Assembly: GCA_963737155.1 (NCBI GenBank)
Contig: CAVTRN010000001.1
Span: 864,001 to 928,000, forward strand
From: Nitrospirota bacterium
Lineage (GTDB): Bacteria > Nitrospirota > UBA9217
DNA length: 64,000 nucleotides
Direction of reading: 5' to 3'
A program made the position numbers and the translations under genes. The notes beneath the pieces are model-generated. The model was given only the letters and a program-made list of their open reading frames with translations. It was not told the origin of the DNA and ran no database searches. This document shows positions 1-11,184 of the stretch, piece by piece; position 1 is the first letter of the stretch, and each line of letters opens with the position of its first letter.

Positions 1-1
1 A

Positions 2-745
2 GCAACAACACCAACGCCCAAGTGGAAATTTACGACAGAAGGTGCAGTGTACTCCTCTCCGGCCATCGGAGCAGACGGGACCGTGTATGTGGGCTCGGAA
101 GACGATTACGTCTATGCTATAACATCCAGCGGCACGCTCAAGTGGCGCTATCTGATGGGAGGCGAAGTGGAATCCTCCCCGGCCATTGGTGCAGACGGGA
201 CCGTGTATGTGGGTGCGGATGACGATTATGTTTATGCTATAACTCCAATCGGTACTCTCAAGTGGCGCCATCTGACGGGAGGCGCAGTGCAATCCTCCCC
301 GGCCATTGGCGCAGACGGGAGCGTGTATGTGGGGTCGAATGATGGTAATGTCTATGCTTTAACCCCCAACAACGGTACAATCATATGGAGCTATCCGACA
401 GGAAGCGCAGTGGATTATTCCTCCCCAGCCATCGGTGCGGACGGGACCGTTTACGTTGGATCATCTAATGGTAATGTATATGCCTTAGCCCCTAATGGCA
501 CACCAACACCAACCCTCGAGTGGATCTATACGACAGGAGGAGCGGTGGACTCTTCCCCGGCTATCGGTGCGGACGGGACCGTTTACGTGGGTTCGGATGA
601 TAATAATATTTATGCTATATACCCTGATGGCACATTCAAGTGGGATTTTTCGACATCTAGTTCTGTAGAAGCCTCCCCGGCCATCGGTGCTGACGGGCAC
701 ATTTACGTGGGGTCGGATAATGGCGAATTCTTTATTATGAAATGA
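2..745 (+). CDS. PQQ-like/BamB-type beta-propeller repeat protein, C-terminal part (5' end outside window)
   Basis: Frame open from base 2; six ~40-aa repeats SSPAIGADG(T/S/H)(V/I)YVG with W-containing blade ends (LKWRY, IIWSY, LEWIY, FKWDF). Confidence 0.85.
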   Translation, partial: ATTPTPKWKFTTEGAVYSSPAIGADGTVYVGSEDDYVYAITSSGTLKWRYLMGGEVESSPAIGADGTVYVGADDDYVYAITPIGTLKWRHLTGGAVQSSPAIGADGSVYVGSNDGNVYALTPNNGTIIWSYPTGSAVDYSSPAIGADGTVYVGSSNGNVYALAPNGTPTPTLEWIYTTGGAVDSSPAIGADGTVYVGSDDNNIYAIYPDGTFKWDFSTSSSVEASPAIGADGHIYVGSDNGEFFIMK

Positions 746-762
746 AGAAAGATGCTTTGAAT

Positions 763-790
763 GAGGCGGGGCATGGCCCCGCCTCTTTTT
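763..790 (+). terminator. Rho-independent terminator
   Basis: GAGGCGGGGC-ATG-GCCCCGCCTC perfect 10-bp stem followed by TTTTT, just after the propeller gene stop. Confidence 0.85.
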
Positions 791-1002
791 GAAGATATGG
801 TGCACAATCGAATTGCTTCTCGATGTTTGACAAACGTACTATCCTAGGGAAATCTTATTCATGATTCTCCCAATGTTCTTTACTCCTATCACAAAATTAG
901 CATTGCAGAACAGAACCGGCTGAAACAGTAAAATATCTCCTACCAATACGCTAATCGGAAGATTCAGCTCGCACTTTCATCTGATGACCGAAAGACTTCT
1001 TC

Positions 1003-4000
1003 ATGACCGCTACTGATGATTCTGCAAAAGAAAAAATCCTCGTCGCCATGCGCGCATATCATGGGGGCAAGGTGTATCTCATGGGTCCTTCAGGGCTTGT
1101 CGACGCGGGGTTTAGCCTCTATCACGACAATGAGGTTTCATCGATCGAATGGGACAGGAACTTTGCGTGTCTTCATGTCCGGATAGGCCATGCCGGCCGC
1201 GTGGTCGTGAATGTCCGGATCAGGGAAGGCCAGCTTACGTTTTCCTGTACCTGCTCACGAGTAAATAAGGAAAGCGGCTGCGAGCATACGGTCTGTGCGG
1301 TCCTGACTCTCAAAAACCTGTTGATGCCCGAGGTGTTCAAACCAAAAACTCCAAATCCCGCGTATCGCCGAACGTTGCTGGCCGGGTTAACCGGGGCCTT
1401 ACGGGATACCCGGAAAACAAAGTCTAATGCCGGTTATTCCATTGTCCTGGAGCGTAATGACACCGGGGTATCCGATGTCTATGTGGCAATGGGAGGCGAG
1501 CGGCTGACAAAGCTTGCAGACATACTCCGGTCCCCTGTACTCGAGCTTGCAGCTGCCGATTTGCATTTTCTCCAAAAGATCGATGTGCTTATCGGGTTTC
1601 TGAAGCGCAAGAAGAATAAATATCCGGTCATCATCAGGATGGAGGGAAAAGACGCGGAAGCAGAATTCGAGTCCACACTGTTTCCCGAAGCTTTCACCGA
1701 GCTTGCGCTGAACGGCGAAGAGGTTTCCGTAATCAAAGGCCTGCGAGATCTGGACCTGCTAAATTTGCGATTCGTCCTTTTCGGTGATCTTGCATTTTTC
1801 CCCGAGATGGGAAAACTGGCGGTGGTTGAAAACACAAAGGGTTGGGAAACATGGCGAGCATTCGAACGCGAAACTAAAACAACCATACATGACGGAGGTG
1901 GATCCGAGCCCGAAGGGGCAGTCCGTTTCTCCATACCGGTCGACCGGTTCGAAATCATGCAGCACGCTTGTCTGGCAGGCGTGAGCACTAAAGGAAAAAA
2001 GGACATACTCTTTACGCTCAACGGGAAAAAGGCCTGGCCCGCCCCAATAGCCCTCGAGCCGCGCATGACTATCATACTGCCGGAGAAGAGTGCTGGTTCA
2101 GCGCTCCTGCGCGCGGAGTGCGCGCACGGTGCCATTGCCGGTTCGATCGATTTTCGCCGCTTCCGTTTCTTTGAGGATCTCACCCTGTTGTTGTTCCGTA
2201 ATTCGCACGCTAAAAAAAGCAGGGAAGCGCTGGTGTGCGCCTTTTTTGAACTTATGGATGCAAAGTCGGATGCTCAGTCCGAAAAAATCATCAGGACCGC
2301 GCTTGATGAAGGCGAAATCGTGAAGCGCGAAATGCGGAACGCTGCACGAGCCCTCCTGCAGCCGCACCGGCGCGGGCGGAAAACAGACGATGAGCAGGTG
2401 TTCGCTCAAGGCGGCAAATGGCACATTGCTTTTCACGACAACGAACGCGAAGCGCTCCTGTTCAGGATTCCTTACGAGGTCTTTGGCTGGGAGCTCTTCG
2501 AAAACGCGGCAACCACCGGCAACATGCGCGTTCCGGCTGATCTTCTCCATGACCGCCTCCCCCTGCTATGCGACCGCTTTTCGAACCATGGCATCGGGCT
2601 TTTTCTGAAGGGAAAGCCGGTGCGGCAGGCGCGCTGGGAATTTGCGGTGACCGCCTCACGAAAAGCGGACATAGATTGGCTCGAGATAAAGCCGGAAATT
2701 CGGTGCGACGGCAGGCTGGTGGACGATATTTCACTGGGCGCGCTCTTTACCGGCCGCAACGTTGTTGAAGAAGACGAATTTATTCAAATACTCGATGCAA
2801 ATACGCAAAAAGTCCTTGCGCGGATAATGGCCGTATACCGGGCCTCCGAAGCGCGTGGCAAGAATGAGCGCGAGCCTGTGCGCGTACCCAGACTCCAGAT
2901 TCTCGACTGGGCAGCGCTCCGGAACAGCGGTGTAACCGTCTGGCTTCCGCCCGAGGACGAGTCTCTCGTCGAGCGTCTGCTGAATTTCAAAAAGATCGAG
3001 GACAAACCGCTCCCGGAAGGGCTTCAGGCAACGCTTCGACCCTATCAACGGGAGGGTTACTCCTGGCTCGCCTTTCTGTATGAACATCGTCTCGGTGCCT
3101 GCCTTGCCGATGACATGGGGCTCGGTAAAACCGTTCAGGCCATCAGTCTCTTGGGCGGCATCCATGAAGGCATTGTGGAGTCTCAAAGGGGCGCCGGGGG
3201 TCTTCCTCATCTGATTGTCGTGCCGCCCAGCCTGGTGTTCAATTGGGAGCAAGAGCTGAACAGGTTCTATCCCCGCCTCAGGGTCCATATCTACACCGGT
3301 AGCGTGCGAAGCGACGACTTTGACAATTCCGACGTGGTGCTGACGACCTATGGAACTGCCCGGCGGGATATAGAGAAGCTCAAGGACAGGCAGTTTCATG
3401 TAATTATTTTCGATGAAGCCCAGACCATCAAGAACCTCTACGCCGATACGACCGGCGCCATACGTCGGCTGCGGGGTTTTTTCAAAATCGCGATGACCGG
3501 CACGCCGGTGGAAAACCATCTGGGCGAATATTACTCCATCGTGGATCTTGCCGTGCCGGGTTTACTTGGAGAATATGACCGATTCAGGCCCCTCATCAAG
3601 TCCAGTACCACCGCGGACCTTGATGTTATTATCGGGAGGACGCGGCCCTTTGTGCTCAGACGCACGAAGGAAGCGGTGCTCTTGGACCTCCCCCTCAAGA
3701 CCGAAATGGACTTCTACCTCGATATGACGGAGGAGCAGAAGGCGCTCTATCAAAAGACGGTGGAGCAGGTGCGAAGGACTGTTGACGAGGCATACCAGAT
3801 GAAAATTTCCTCCCAGGCCAGGATTATCGCGCTCACGGCCATCTTGAAGCTCCGGCAGATCTGCATTGCCCCTCGGCTTGCCGACCGGGAACTCGCGGGG
3901 GCTTCTCCGAAAATGGATTTTCTGATCGCGCAGCTTCGGGAATTGATGGACGAAAACCACAGCACCCTTGTGTTCTCTCAGTTTACCTCCGTTCTTGACA

Positions 4001-4473
4001 TTCTCGGCGAAGCGTTGGACCGGGGCGGGATCCACTATTTTCGTCTTGATGGGTCCACACCAACGACAAAACGGAAAACACTGGTGAAACAGTTTCAATC
4101 AAGCGAAGGGCCATCAGTTTTTCTTCTTAGCCTCAAGGCGGGCGGCCAGGGATTGAATCTGACGCGGGCTTCCTATGTCTTTCACCTTGATCCCTGGTGG
4201 AATCCCGCGGTGGAGAGCCAGGCCTCGGACCGGGCGCACCGCATCGGCCAAAAGAACAAGGTGACAATTACGAGACTTCTCATGCGGCATACTATCGAGG
4301 AAAAGATGATGGAGCTGAAGAAAAGAAAGGGGGCGCTTTACGATGCCATTCTCGGCGATGGAGCGATGATCAACAAAAGCACCGCAATTTCGCGCGACGA
4401 TTTTGTTTTTCTGCTGGATTCGACGGAAAATACGGAAAACCAAAACGGGCGGCAGTTATTAAAACCGATTTGA
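1003..4473 (+). CDS. SNF2-family helicase/ATPase with N-terminal SWIM zinc finger
   Basis: SWIM CTC...CEH; LRPYQ, LADDMGLGKT, DEAQ, TGTP.EN, FSQF, SLKAGGQGLNL, DPWWNPAVESQASDRAHRIGQ. Confidence 0.93.
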   Translation: MTATDDSAKEKILVAMRAYHGGKVYLMGPSGLVDAGFSLYHDNEVSSIEWDRNFACLHVRIGHAGRVVVNVRIREGQLTFSCTCSRVNKESGCEHTVCAVLTLKNLLMPEVFKPKTPNPAYRRTLLAGLTGALRDTRKTKSNAGYSIVLERNDTGVSDVYVAMGGERLTKLADILRSPVLELAAADLHFLQKIDVLIGFLKRKKNKYPVIIRMEGKDAEAEFESTLFPEAFTELALNGEEVSVIKGLRDLDLLNLRFVLFGDLAFFPEMGKLAVVENTKGWETWRAFERETKTTIHDGGGSEPEGAVRFSIPVDRFEIMQHACLAGVSTKGKKDILFTLNGKKAWPAPIALEPRMTIILPEKSAGSALLRAECAHGAIAGSIDFRRFRFFEDLTLLLFRNSHAKKSREALVCAFFELMDAKSDAQSEKIIRTALDEGEIVKREMRNAARALLQPHRRGRKTDDEQVFAQGGKWHIAFHDNEREALLFRIPYEVFGWELFENAATTGNMRVPADLLHDRLPLLCDRFSNHGIGLFLKGKPVRQARWEFAVTASRKADIDWLEIKPEIRCDGRLVDDISLGALFTGRNVVEEDEFIQILDANTQKVLARIMAVYRASEARGKNEREPVRVPRLQILDWAALRNSGVTVWLPPEDESLVERLLNFKKIEDKPLPEGLQATLRPYQREGYSWLAFLYEHRLGACLADDMGLGKTVQAISLLGGIHEGIVESQRGAGGLPHLIVVPPSLVFNWEQELNRFYPRLRVHIYTGSVRSDDFDNSDVVLTTYGTARRDIEKLKDRQFHVIIFDEAQTIKNLYADTTGAIRRLRGFFKIAMTGTPVENHLGEYYSIVDLAVPGLLGEYDRFRPLIKSSTTADLDVIIGRTRPFVLRRTKEAVLLDLPLKTEMDFYLDMTEEQKALYQKTVEQVRRTVDEAYQMKISSQARIIALTAILKLRQICIAPRLADRELAGASPKMDFLIAQLRELMDENHSTLVFSQFTSVLDILGEALDRGGIHYFRLDGSTPTTKRKTLVKQFQSSEGPSVFLLSLKAGGQGLNLTRASYVFHLDPWWNPAVESQASDRAHRIGQKNKVTITRLLMRHTIEEKMMELKKRKGALYDAILGDGAMINKSTAISRDDFVFLLDSTENTENQNGRQLLKPI

Positions 4474-4479
4474 CGCGGT

Positions 4480-4756
4480 AAGACGGACATCTTCCGGAAC
4501 ACACCCGTGAACATGACAAGCTGCAAGACAATGATAATAACTTCAATATCTGGCGATGATCGCCGGTATGATATCGATCCCCTGGGAATGATGTGCTCCA
4601 CTATCCTGAGATGATATTTAGGCGCAACCTCCGTCATCTACGTTGCAGCCCCATAATGAGCGAATATGAGGTTTCCCCTCCGAACAAAATCTTCAGCACT
4701 CGCAGGTGAACTGACCCCGACCGATGCAAAGAGAAGTGCTGCCACAATCTTTTCAT
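4480..4756 (-). pseudogene. Possible decayed secreted-protein gene downstream of the rhodanese
   Basis: ATG at 4756 after GAGGAATAAG; a one-base shift after MK gives a signal-peptide-like IVAALLFASVGVSSPASAEDF, then an in-frame TAG. No family recognised; end coordinate approximate. Confidence 0.3.
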
Positions 4757-4757
4757 C

Positions 4758-5102
4758 TTATTCCTCATCAGAATGGCCACCCACCCGCCTCATCGGGTAT
4801 CCTGCCTTTTTCCAGCCTTCTACCCCGCCGCCTAGAACACTGACATTCTGAAATCCCTTCTCCATATACTCTGCCGCCCGACCGGCGGCACTCGCCTCTT
4901 TTGCTCAAGCACAATAAAAAATAATTTCCTGTTCGTTGGAAAAAGAGGCGATCTTATTTTTAAACTCATTTAACGACATAGCCCCTTCAAGATGCGCATT
5001 CCTGAACTTTTCCTCGTCCTCATAAGCACAGACAAGGATGGCTTGTCCGGATAGGACTTTTATTCTTGCCTCTTCAGCAGGAATCCTTACGGGTTCTGCC
5101 AT
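4758..5102 (-). CDS. Rhodanese-domain protein, probable selenoprotein (in-frame UGA at 4905-4907, motif FYCA-U)
   Basis: ATG at 5102 with GGTAGGAA upstream. The ORF track stops at TGA after IIFYCA, but the frame continues AKEASAAGRAAEYMEKGFQNVSVLGGGVEGWKKAGYP...TAA(4758), the canonical rhodanese C-terminus. Confidence 0.85.
4872..4890 (-). promoter_or_regulatory. Candidate bacterial SECIS hairpin
   Basis: TGCCGCC-GGTCG-GGCGGCA, 7-bp stem; the apical loop starts with G and lies 21 nt after the UGA. Confidence 0.75.
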
Positions 5103-5739
5103 ATTCCTACCCCCTGGATTGACGGTTGTAATATTATATTTCAAGTATAACACAGGTAGGAAATGAGGTAAGGTTGTCCCCCGCCAATCTACAAAAGACA
5201 TTTCTGAATAGAGCCAACTCAAATTCTTCATGATGCAACTTATAAAAAATTCACTCCAAAATCTGGTAAAGGGAATAAGGGTGTGTTCCTCCAGGCGTTT
5301 ATGGATAGGGATATTAAGTGGTATAGAGATGCAAGGATTATAACGATAAAGGTTCAGTCAATGGGACGACTGTCAGTTTTAGGGGGCCATCGTCACAAAT
5401 TACCTTCTGTAACCTTCTAGCCCCAACGAGAATTCTCCAGCAAACAACGCTTAAAATTTTTTCATTTTTTTATAATCACCTTATCGCTGCAATCCTCGCA
5501 TACGACCACTACACTGACATATACATCCTGTGTTACTCTTGTCAAGGATCAATTTCTTCAATTCCTAATATTATTATCTCGTATGGAGTGCGAAACAGTG
5601 TGTTCGCTGTTCCACTAAACTACATAACGATTGATATGAAACGATTCATATGAATCCGAGGTGCTTTAAGATGTCCACTAAACGTATTCTACCATGATTA
5701 TGGAGCCCCCTTAACCGTTCAAAGAATGCTCTAACACTG

Positions 5740-8736
5740 TCATTTCAATTGAAAGTCAGCACGGAGGTTGCTAACTTTGCCTTTTCCGTTTACAAGAGTC
5801 CCGGCCCCTACTATGAAGATGCGACCCGGCTCTATCTGCCCCGACTGCAACAGGTAGGCTTCGACCGCACGCGCGCGCTCTGCTGCCAGCTCCTTCAGGT
5901 CGTCATCAGTTACCTTCAGGTTGGCTAACATGAGCTTCTCCATCTCAGACACGGGCAGGTCTTTAGCGATGCCGATAAAATTACGAGGCTTTGGAAACTT
6001 TTCTTCCTTGTATGCTCGCTTCAGGAGCAGGGGATATTCCTGGGGCGTCACGGTTACTGACCCGAGGGAGGAGATGTCACCATTTTTTCCTGCCAGTTGC
6101 CTGATCTTCTGAGCTTTGATTCTTATTAACAAGAGGCTTTGCTTCAGCCCATCACGGTCTTTTTCTGGGTCTGCGTTGCCGATAATGTCCATCTTAAGCG
6201 CGGGTCGGTCGTGAAGTGCTTTCTCAAGAATATCGAGCTTCTTGATTGTATCGGTCGTCAGGGCCGCCGAACCGGCCTTGAACTCTGCATACCCAAGCTG
6301 CTCATTACTGCCGAAGATGGCGCCTAGAAGCGCAAAAGGAGATGTGGCGGCCTTTTCAAGAAGGTTCACGATGACTTTGAGGATGACGCCCTGCACGCTG
6401 AACTTGGGATCTCTCAGTTCACCCGATACGGGTATGTCGAGCTTTATCTCGCCGTTGCGATCTTTCAGAAGCGCCACAGCCAGTCTCACGGGCAACGATG
6501 TTGCATCAAGGCTTTGAACATGGTCCCCGAAGGTGAACTGGTCCAGGAAAATATTGTTCTTTGCATCGAGCTTGTTCTTATTGATAAGGTATTGAAGCTG
6601 AAACGAGAGATTTCCTTTCTGGATCGTATAGCCGGCGTAGTGTCCTGAATATGGGCTGAGCGAGGTGAGATCCATGTCCTTGAAATCTGCCTTAAGATCT
6701 ACATACAGATCATTGCGAAGCGGGTTTACCTTGCCAGTGATCTCAAGGGGCGCCGATTCATTATATTTTCCGCTGAGTTCGAATACGCCGAGTATGTTTT
6801 GCTCCGACGAGAGTCCGGAAACGTTACCGCTGATCTCGCTCAGGTTCGAGGTGAACCGCGGTTTGATGCTGCGGTCGGTAAAGTTAACCGTACCTCCCTT
6901 GAAAATGATCTTGTCGATGCGAACACTATAAGGATGCGATTGCAGCTGCCTGTCTGCTTCCGGGGCCCATTTTTTTATGGCCTCCTGTCTCGGAGCAACG
7001 TTGTTCGAGTCGGGTGTCTCGGGCTTGAATGCCTCCAGCAGATTTATCGTCCGGTCCTCATTCATAGTGATTTGTGAAGAAAAATTGGATAGTGCAATTT
7101 CGCCGATGCGCAGAGACAGCGGAGCGGAGCGAGCTTCTATTCCTCGCACGAAGAGCGCGTTCCACTTGAATAGATCTTCTGCATTCTTTTTGTCGAGCAA
7201 GGAGAACCTCTTGATGCTGAGTCTCCCGCTGACGGATGCACGCAGCTCCTCCGCGTTTTTTCGTCCTACGATAAGGCTGCCGCTCGCGGTCAACAGACCG
7301 TCAGCAAGTAAAACCTGCGTTCGTCCGGCTAGATAGGGTTGCAGAAGCTTGAGACGGACATCATCGACTTTCGCCGCGAGGTCGGCGGCAAAAGGATCCG
7401 GTGTGAGGTCGCCGTTGGCCGAAGCAGATCCTCCTTGATCGATGCGGAAGGATAGCGCGACTGTCCCTTTTGTGTTTTTTTCAGTAGAAATATTTTGCGC
7501 TTTAAACTGGATCGCGGAGATGGTGGCTCCAAAAGGCTCTACGAGACTCTGATCCGCTATTTTAACGGTATAATCATCAACGACGAAGGACTTTAGCGCT
7601 ATAGTCCATGGAGCAGCAGCGTTTTTCTCCTCAGCGATTCTCTGGGGTGGTGCTGCCGGGGATGACTCCAGCAGCGGATTTATATTCATCCGGCCGTTCT
7701 TCAAACGGGAGATTGTCAATCGACCCTTTTCGGTTGTAACAGCCCCGATGTCAATTTTTCTTCCTTCAAGATCGAATAAAATGTCTTTAACGCTCAAAAG
7801 AGGAATGTTGATAAACTGCGATCCCTTCTCCCGGGTGCTTATCCCAATGTCCCTGATCCGCGTTTCGCCGGTCAGAGCAAGAACCGGCGCGTGTTTGGTA
7901 TACTCGTGGTAGGTAAGCCTCATCATTATGTCGAGTTTTCCTGACAGCACCTTGATTTTGGGCTGTACGGGTGCGTAAGCCAAATATTTGGGGATGTCTA
8001 TATCTTTGAGCGCAATATCCAGCGACGTCTCTCGAGAGTCAGAGAATATCTTGGATGCGCCGTTGATGATCACCTGCTTGCCGTCTATCAGCGCGCGAAG
8101 CGAAGGCTGAACAAATGTATCGACATAGGCAGGAAGGTTTGAAATGAAAGGTATCGAAAGATCTATCTGCTTTATTTCGTGCTTCGCTGCAGCCAGTCGA
8201 TCGTCAAATACGATGTCACCATCTTTGATCTGGATATTGCTTAATGAAAATACCAAGGGCTTGCTCGGTTTTTCGGACACGGTGGCTTCCTGCGTAGAAC
8301 GGAGTCTGTCTACGAGCGGAGAAAAACTATATGTATTCATATTTGTTCGTATCATATGAACATAAGGCTTTTCAAGCTTGACCTCTCCGATTACCGGCCC
8401 TCCTTTGAATAGTGATATCAGTTTTGTGTCAACATAAAGTTTATTGAAAGAAATAAAAGTGGCTTGACCGTCAGCTTCCTTGATCTCAAAGTTATTGATA
8501 ACTATCGTAAAAGTATAGGGATTGAAACGAATCGATTCGAGATTTACGGCTCGGCCGAGCTGTACGCTCAATTTTTCCGTCGCAATCTTCTTGGCATAAT
8601 AAGGCAGGATGAAAAATCCAGAAATCGAGTAAATGACAAAAAAAGCGAGTAACAGGGTACCTGCCAATCGAACCTTGTGTGTTTTGAGTAGGTTATAACG
8701 GCCTAAAGAATATTTTTCGTGCTTGGGGCTGTTCAC
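5740..8736 (-). CDS. DUF748 (AsmA-like) repeat protein with OmpA-like C-terminal region
   Basis: N-terminal TM anchor, RFNPYTF, IPFISNLP, LPVRLAVALLKDRNGEIKLDIPVSG, LAAERARAVEAYL. Confidence 0.85.
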   Translation of the reverse strand: MNSPKHEKYSLGRYNLLKTHKVRLAGTLLLAFFVIYSISGFFILPYYAKKIATEKLSVQLGRAVNLESIRFNPYTFTIVINNFEIKEADGQATFISFNKLYVDTKLISLFKGGPVIGEVKLEKPYVHMIRTNMNTYSFSPLVDRLRSTQEATVSEKPSKPLVFSLSNIQIKDGDIVFDDRLAAAKHEIKQIDLSIPFISNLPAYVDTFVQPSLRALIDGKQVIINGASKIFSDSRETSLDIALKDIDIPKYLAYAPVQPKIKVLSGKLDIMMRLTYHEYTKHAPVLALTGETRIRDIGISTREKGSQFINIPLLSVKDILFDLEGRKIDIGAVTTEKGRLTISRLKNGRMNINPLLESSPAAPPQRIAEEKNAAAPWTIALKSFVVDDYTVKIADQSLVEPFGATISAIQFKAQNISTEKNTKGTVALSFRIDQGGSASANGDLTPDPFAADLAAKVDDVRLKLLQPYLAGRTQVLLADGLLTASGSLIVGRKNAEELRASVSGRLSIKRFSLLDKKNAEDLFKWNALFVRGIEARSAPLSLRIGEIALSNFSSQITMNEDRTINLLEAFKPETPDSNNVAPRQEAIKKWAPEADRQLQSHPYSVRIDKIIFKGGTVNFTDRSIKPRFTSNLSEISGNVSGLSSEQNILGVFELSGKYNESAPLEITGKVNPLRNDLYVDLKADFKDMDLTSLSPYSGHYAGYTIQKGNLSFQLQYLINKNKLDAKNNIFLDQFTFGDHVQSLDATSLPVRLAVALLKDRNGEIKLDIPVSGELRDPKFSVQGVILKVIVNLLEKAATSPFALLGAIFGSNEQLGYAEFKAGSAALTTDTIKKLDILEKALHDRPALKMDIIGNADPEKDRDGLKQSLLLIRIKAQKIRQLAGKNGDISSLGSVTVTPQEYPLLLKRAYKEEKFPKPRNFIGIAKDLPVSEMEKLMLANLKVTDDDLKELAAERARAVEAYLLQSGQIEPGRIFIVGAGTLVNGKGKVSNLRADFQLK

Positions 8737-9089
8737 ATTGCGCCTCCCGATCAGCTAATATATATTCTATCCAAGGTAGAAATGAATGGCAAGGCCAGGC
8801 AAAGATAGATGTTACTAAAGTGCACTTTATAGAGAGGGTCGTTCTTACATGGCATCGCGGCCAGAATGGCAAAGAACTTGCGATAGATGGTTTTCTTGCT
8901 ATATAAATAATGCTGGAGGGAGTGTAACAAACAGGATTCGAAATTATCTGGATTCTTAAAATGGATATATATTATTTCCAACTAAGTAAGCTTGCATGCA
9001 TAACAAGTCCGCAAATAGCAATAAATGCGCATTTTACGCTATCAACACATTATCAGAAAGCGCCTGCGCGAAAAAGCTTCTACCGGTGT

Positions 9090-9600
9090 GAGGTGTTTCT
9101 GTTCATAAACGGATTTGAACAAGTCTCAATCGATGATGGCGAAGACATTCGCAACCTTCGGCTAGTCGACCAAAAGCTCTGGGTAGCCTTGGGCTGTCCA
9201 GCGCAGGGCATCGAATTTGACCGGAAAACCATCGATTGCCTTGATACGAATCAGGAAGGTCACATTAGGGTCCCAGAAGTGCTTGCCGCAACTGACTGGC
9301 CCATTGCCTGCTCAAAGATACTGTAGTCTTGGCAGTAAGAAAAAGGTTGCCCCTTTACCGCCATTAACGATGCTATTGATGAGGGGAGGACGCTGCTGAA
9401 AAACGTGCGACGCATGCTTGGAACCTTGGGGAAAAAGGATACCGACGTCATCATTGTGGAGGAAACGGACCACGTGGAGGAAACCCTGTTCAAAAAGCCG
9501 TCCAGCGGGAACCGGTTCATCACAACCGACGCTTCGGATGATGAGCAGATCCGTGGGGGGGCTATAATGACCCGCGCGGAGCCCATCGGAAAGGCGGGGT
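9090..9600 (+). pseudogene. Frameshifted remnant of a conserved large hypothetical protein (EF-hand-like motif)
   Basis: Fragments GFEQVSIDDGEDIRNLRLVDQKLWVALGCPAQGIEFDRKTIDCLDTNQEGHIRVPEV and RRMLGTLGKKDTDVIIVEET are separated by stops and shifts; family recognised from memory only. Confidence 0.55.
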
Positions 9601-10148
9601 TATGCTAATCCTGAGAATATCCGAGGGGCATTCAAACCAGCAGATTGCGAGAAAACCAAGCACATCTCGCTGAGTCTCAGGAAACGCTCGTGTCTGCGAC
9701 TTAGATTCTGAGCGGTTGTTTGCATTACTCGGTCGGTATCGATCAGACTTCTAACACGCTGATCATCGTCAACGTATGGAAGTTGATTACAGATGGAAAG
9801 GGATGAAACGCTGGTCTCTGTGCGGTGGGAGTCGGCGGGCGAGTTTGCCAAACAGGGTATGATATTTGAGGATCCGATTGCTAACTATGGAACACTTTGT
9901 TTGACAGATCTAGGTGTCGCAGGCATTTCCAGGCCATCGACAGCCGCAATCATTATGAGACGTCTTGTGGCATGTTGTTCCCCTCAAACGCCTTGATGCG
10001 GATTATGCTTGAAAAAGCATACAGTGCGAGGGGGATATGAGCTGGTATAGCGATAATAGAATTTCCCTTCTTCGCTCTTGAATAGTATGGATCATGGTCG
10101 TATTATATGTTATATAAGTAAAGATATTGACGTCGGCAGAAGGGGACC

Positions 10149-10808
10149 ATGAGCTATTCAGTCATTTTTCGGAGATTCGGTCTAATGGTTTTATGTTTGT
10201 CCCTTTCTGCAACGGCTTTCGCCGGGGAACACGGCGCTGGCGTTGTACTGGCTGGAAATGGCGTTGTCCCTTGGGAAGTAAAAAAAGATAACCTTATTCC
10301 GCCAAAGGTGAATGAAAAATATATCTACTATGATATCTGCGGATTGTGCGAAACAGACCTCCAATGCGACCTAAAGAAAAAATGCATCAAGTGGACTGAC
10401 GGAGAAAAATATGATTCCGTGACGAGTTGGGAAATAAAGTGGGATTACGTTCGCAGCCGTGCTCCCGGAGTTTGCTCAGCCGAAGATTTTACAGTCACAG
10501 TTAACGTCGTTTTTCGCCTGCCCAGATGGCAGCGAACCAACGCCGTGCCGCGAGCGCTTGCGGACAAATGGGATACGTACATGAAAAACCTAATGACGCA
10601 TGAGAATGGGCATCGCGACCTAGCTGTTGCCGCCGCCACTGATCTGTCACGCGATGTCGCCGAATTGGCCCCGGTCCAGACCTGTGATGAACTTGACCGA
10701 CGCATAGATGCCCTCAGCCGCATCCGGATGAGAAAATTAGATGAGGCTCAGAAAGAATACGATGAAAAAACAGAGCATGGTAGGAAGCAGGGAGCTGTTT
10801 TCCCCTAG
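10149..10808 (+). CDS. Secreted DUF922-family putative Zn-dependent protease
   Basis: Signal peptide ending ATAFA; HENGH (HExxH); C-terminal YDEKTEHGRKQG. Confidence 0.8.
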   Translation: MSYSVIFRRFGLMVLCLSLSATAFAGEHGAGVVLAGNGVVPWEVKKDNLIPPKVNEKYIYYDICGLCETDLQCDLKKKCIKWTDGEKYDSVTSWEIKWDYVRSRAPGVCSAEDFTVTVNVVFRLPRWQRTNAVPRALADKWDTYMKNLMTHENGHRDLAVAAATDLSRDVAELAPVQTCDELDRRIDALSRIRMRKLDEAQKEYDEKTEHGRKQGAVFP

Positions 10809-11184
10809 CATTATTGTCCGTTGAAATCATTTCGGTTGAAAACACTTCTCATGGGAATAATATAAGGCAGGCATTGCGGTAAACTGCCGGATCATTTGAG
10901 CGACATGAAAGTTCAAGATCCTTCTCACCGACTCGAGCAAATAACCAGAAGAATACCTCTACTCCTTTTCCTTTTTCGAAAAGGTATTTCGCTCGATGCT
11001 TGATTCAGAAATAGTCCCCAGCTGTCTCCAAAGTTTTTAATAGTTCCTACCCCCCACAGCATAGGTGTATTCAAGCGTACGGGGGGACATCTATCATTTT
11101 TTCTCTTTGTGCCGTAAGGTTTGGATACTCCGTACGCCAATCGCTGATAATGGTTACTAGCCACGAATAACAGGAGGGCAAACA

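Noticed and set aside
47-720. ~120-nt periodic DNA repeats that could look like a CRISPR array
   Set aside because: They are in-frame beta-propeller blades with synonymous variation; no unique spacers and no cas genes.
981-993. CTGATGA..GAAA hammerhead ribozyme core
   Set aside because: Only 2 nt between the core strands, so no stem II, and no supporting stems I or III.
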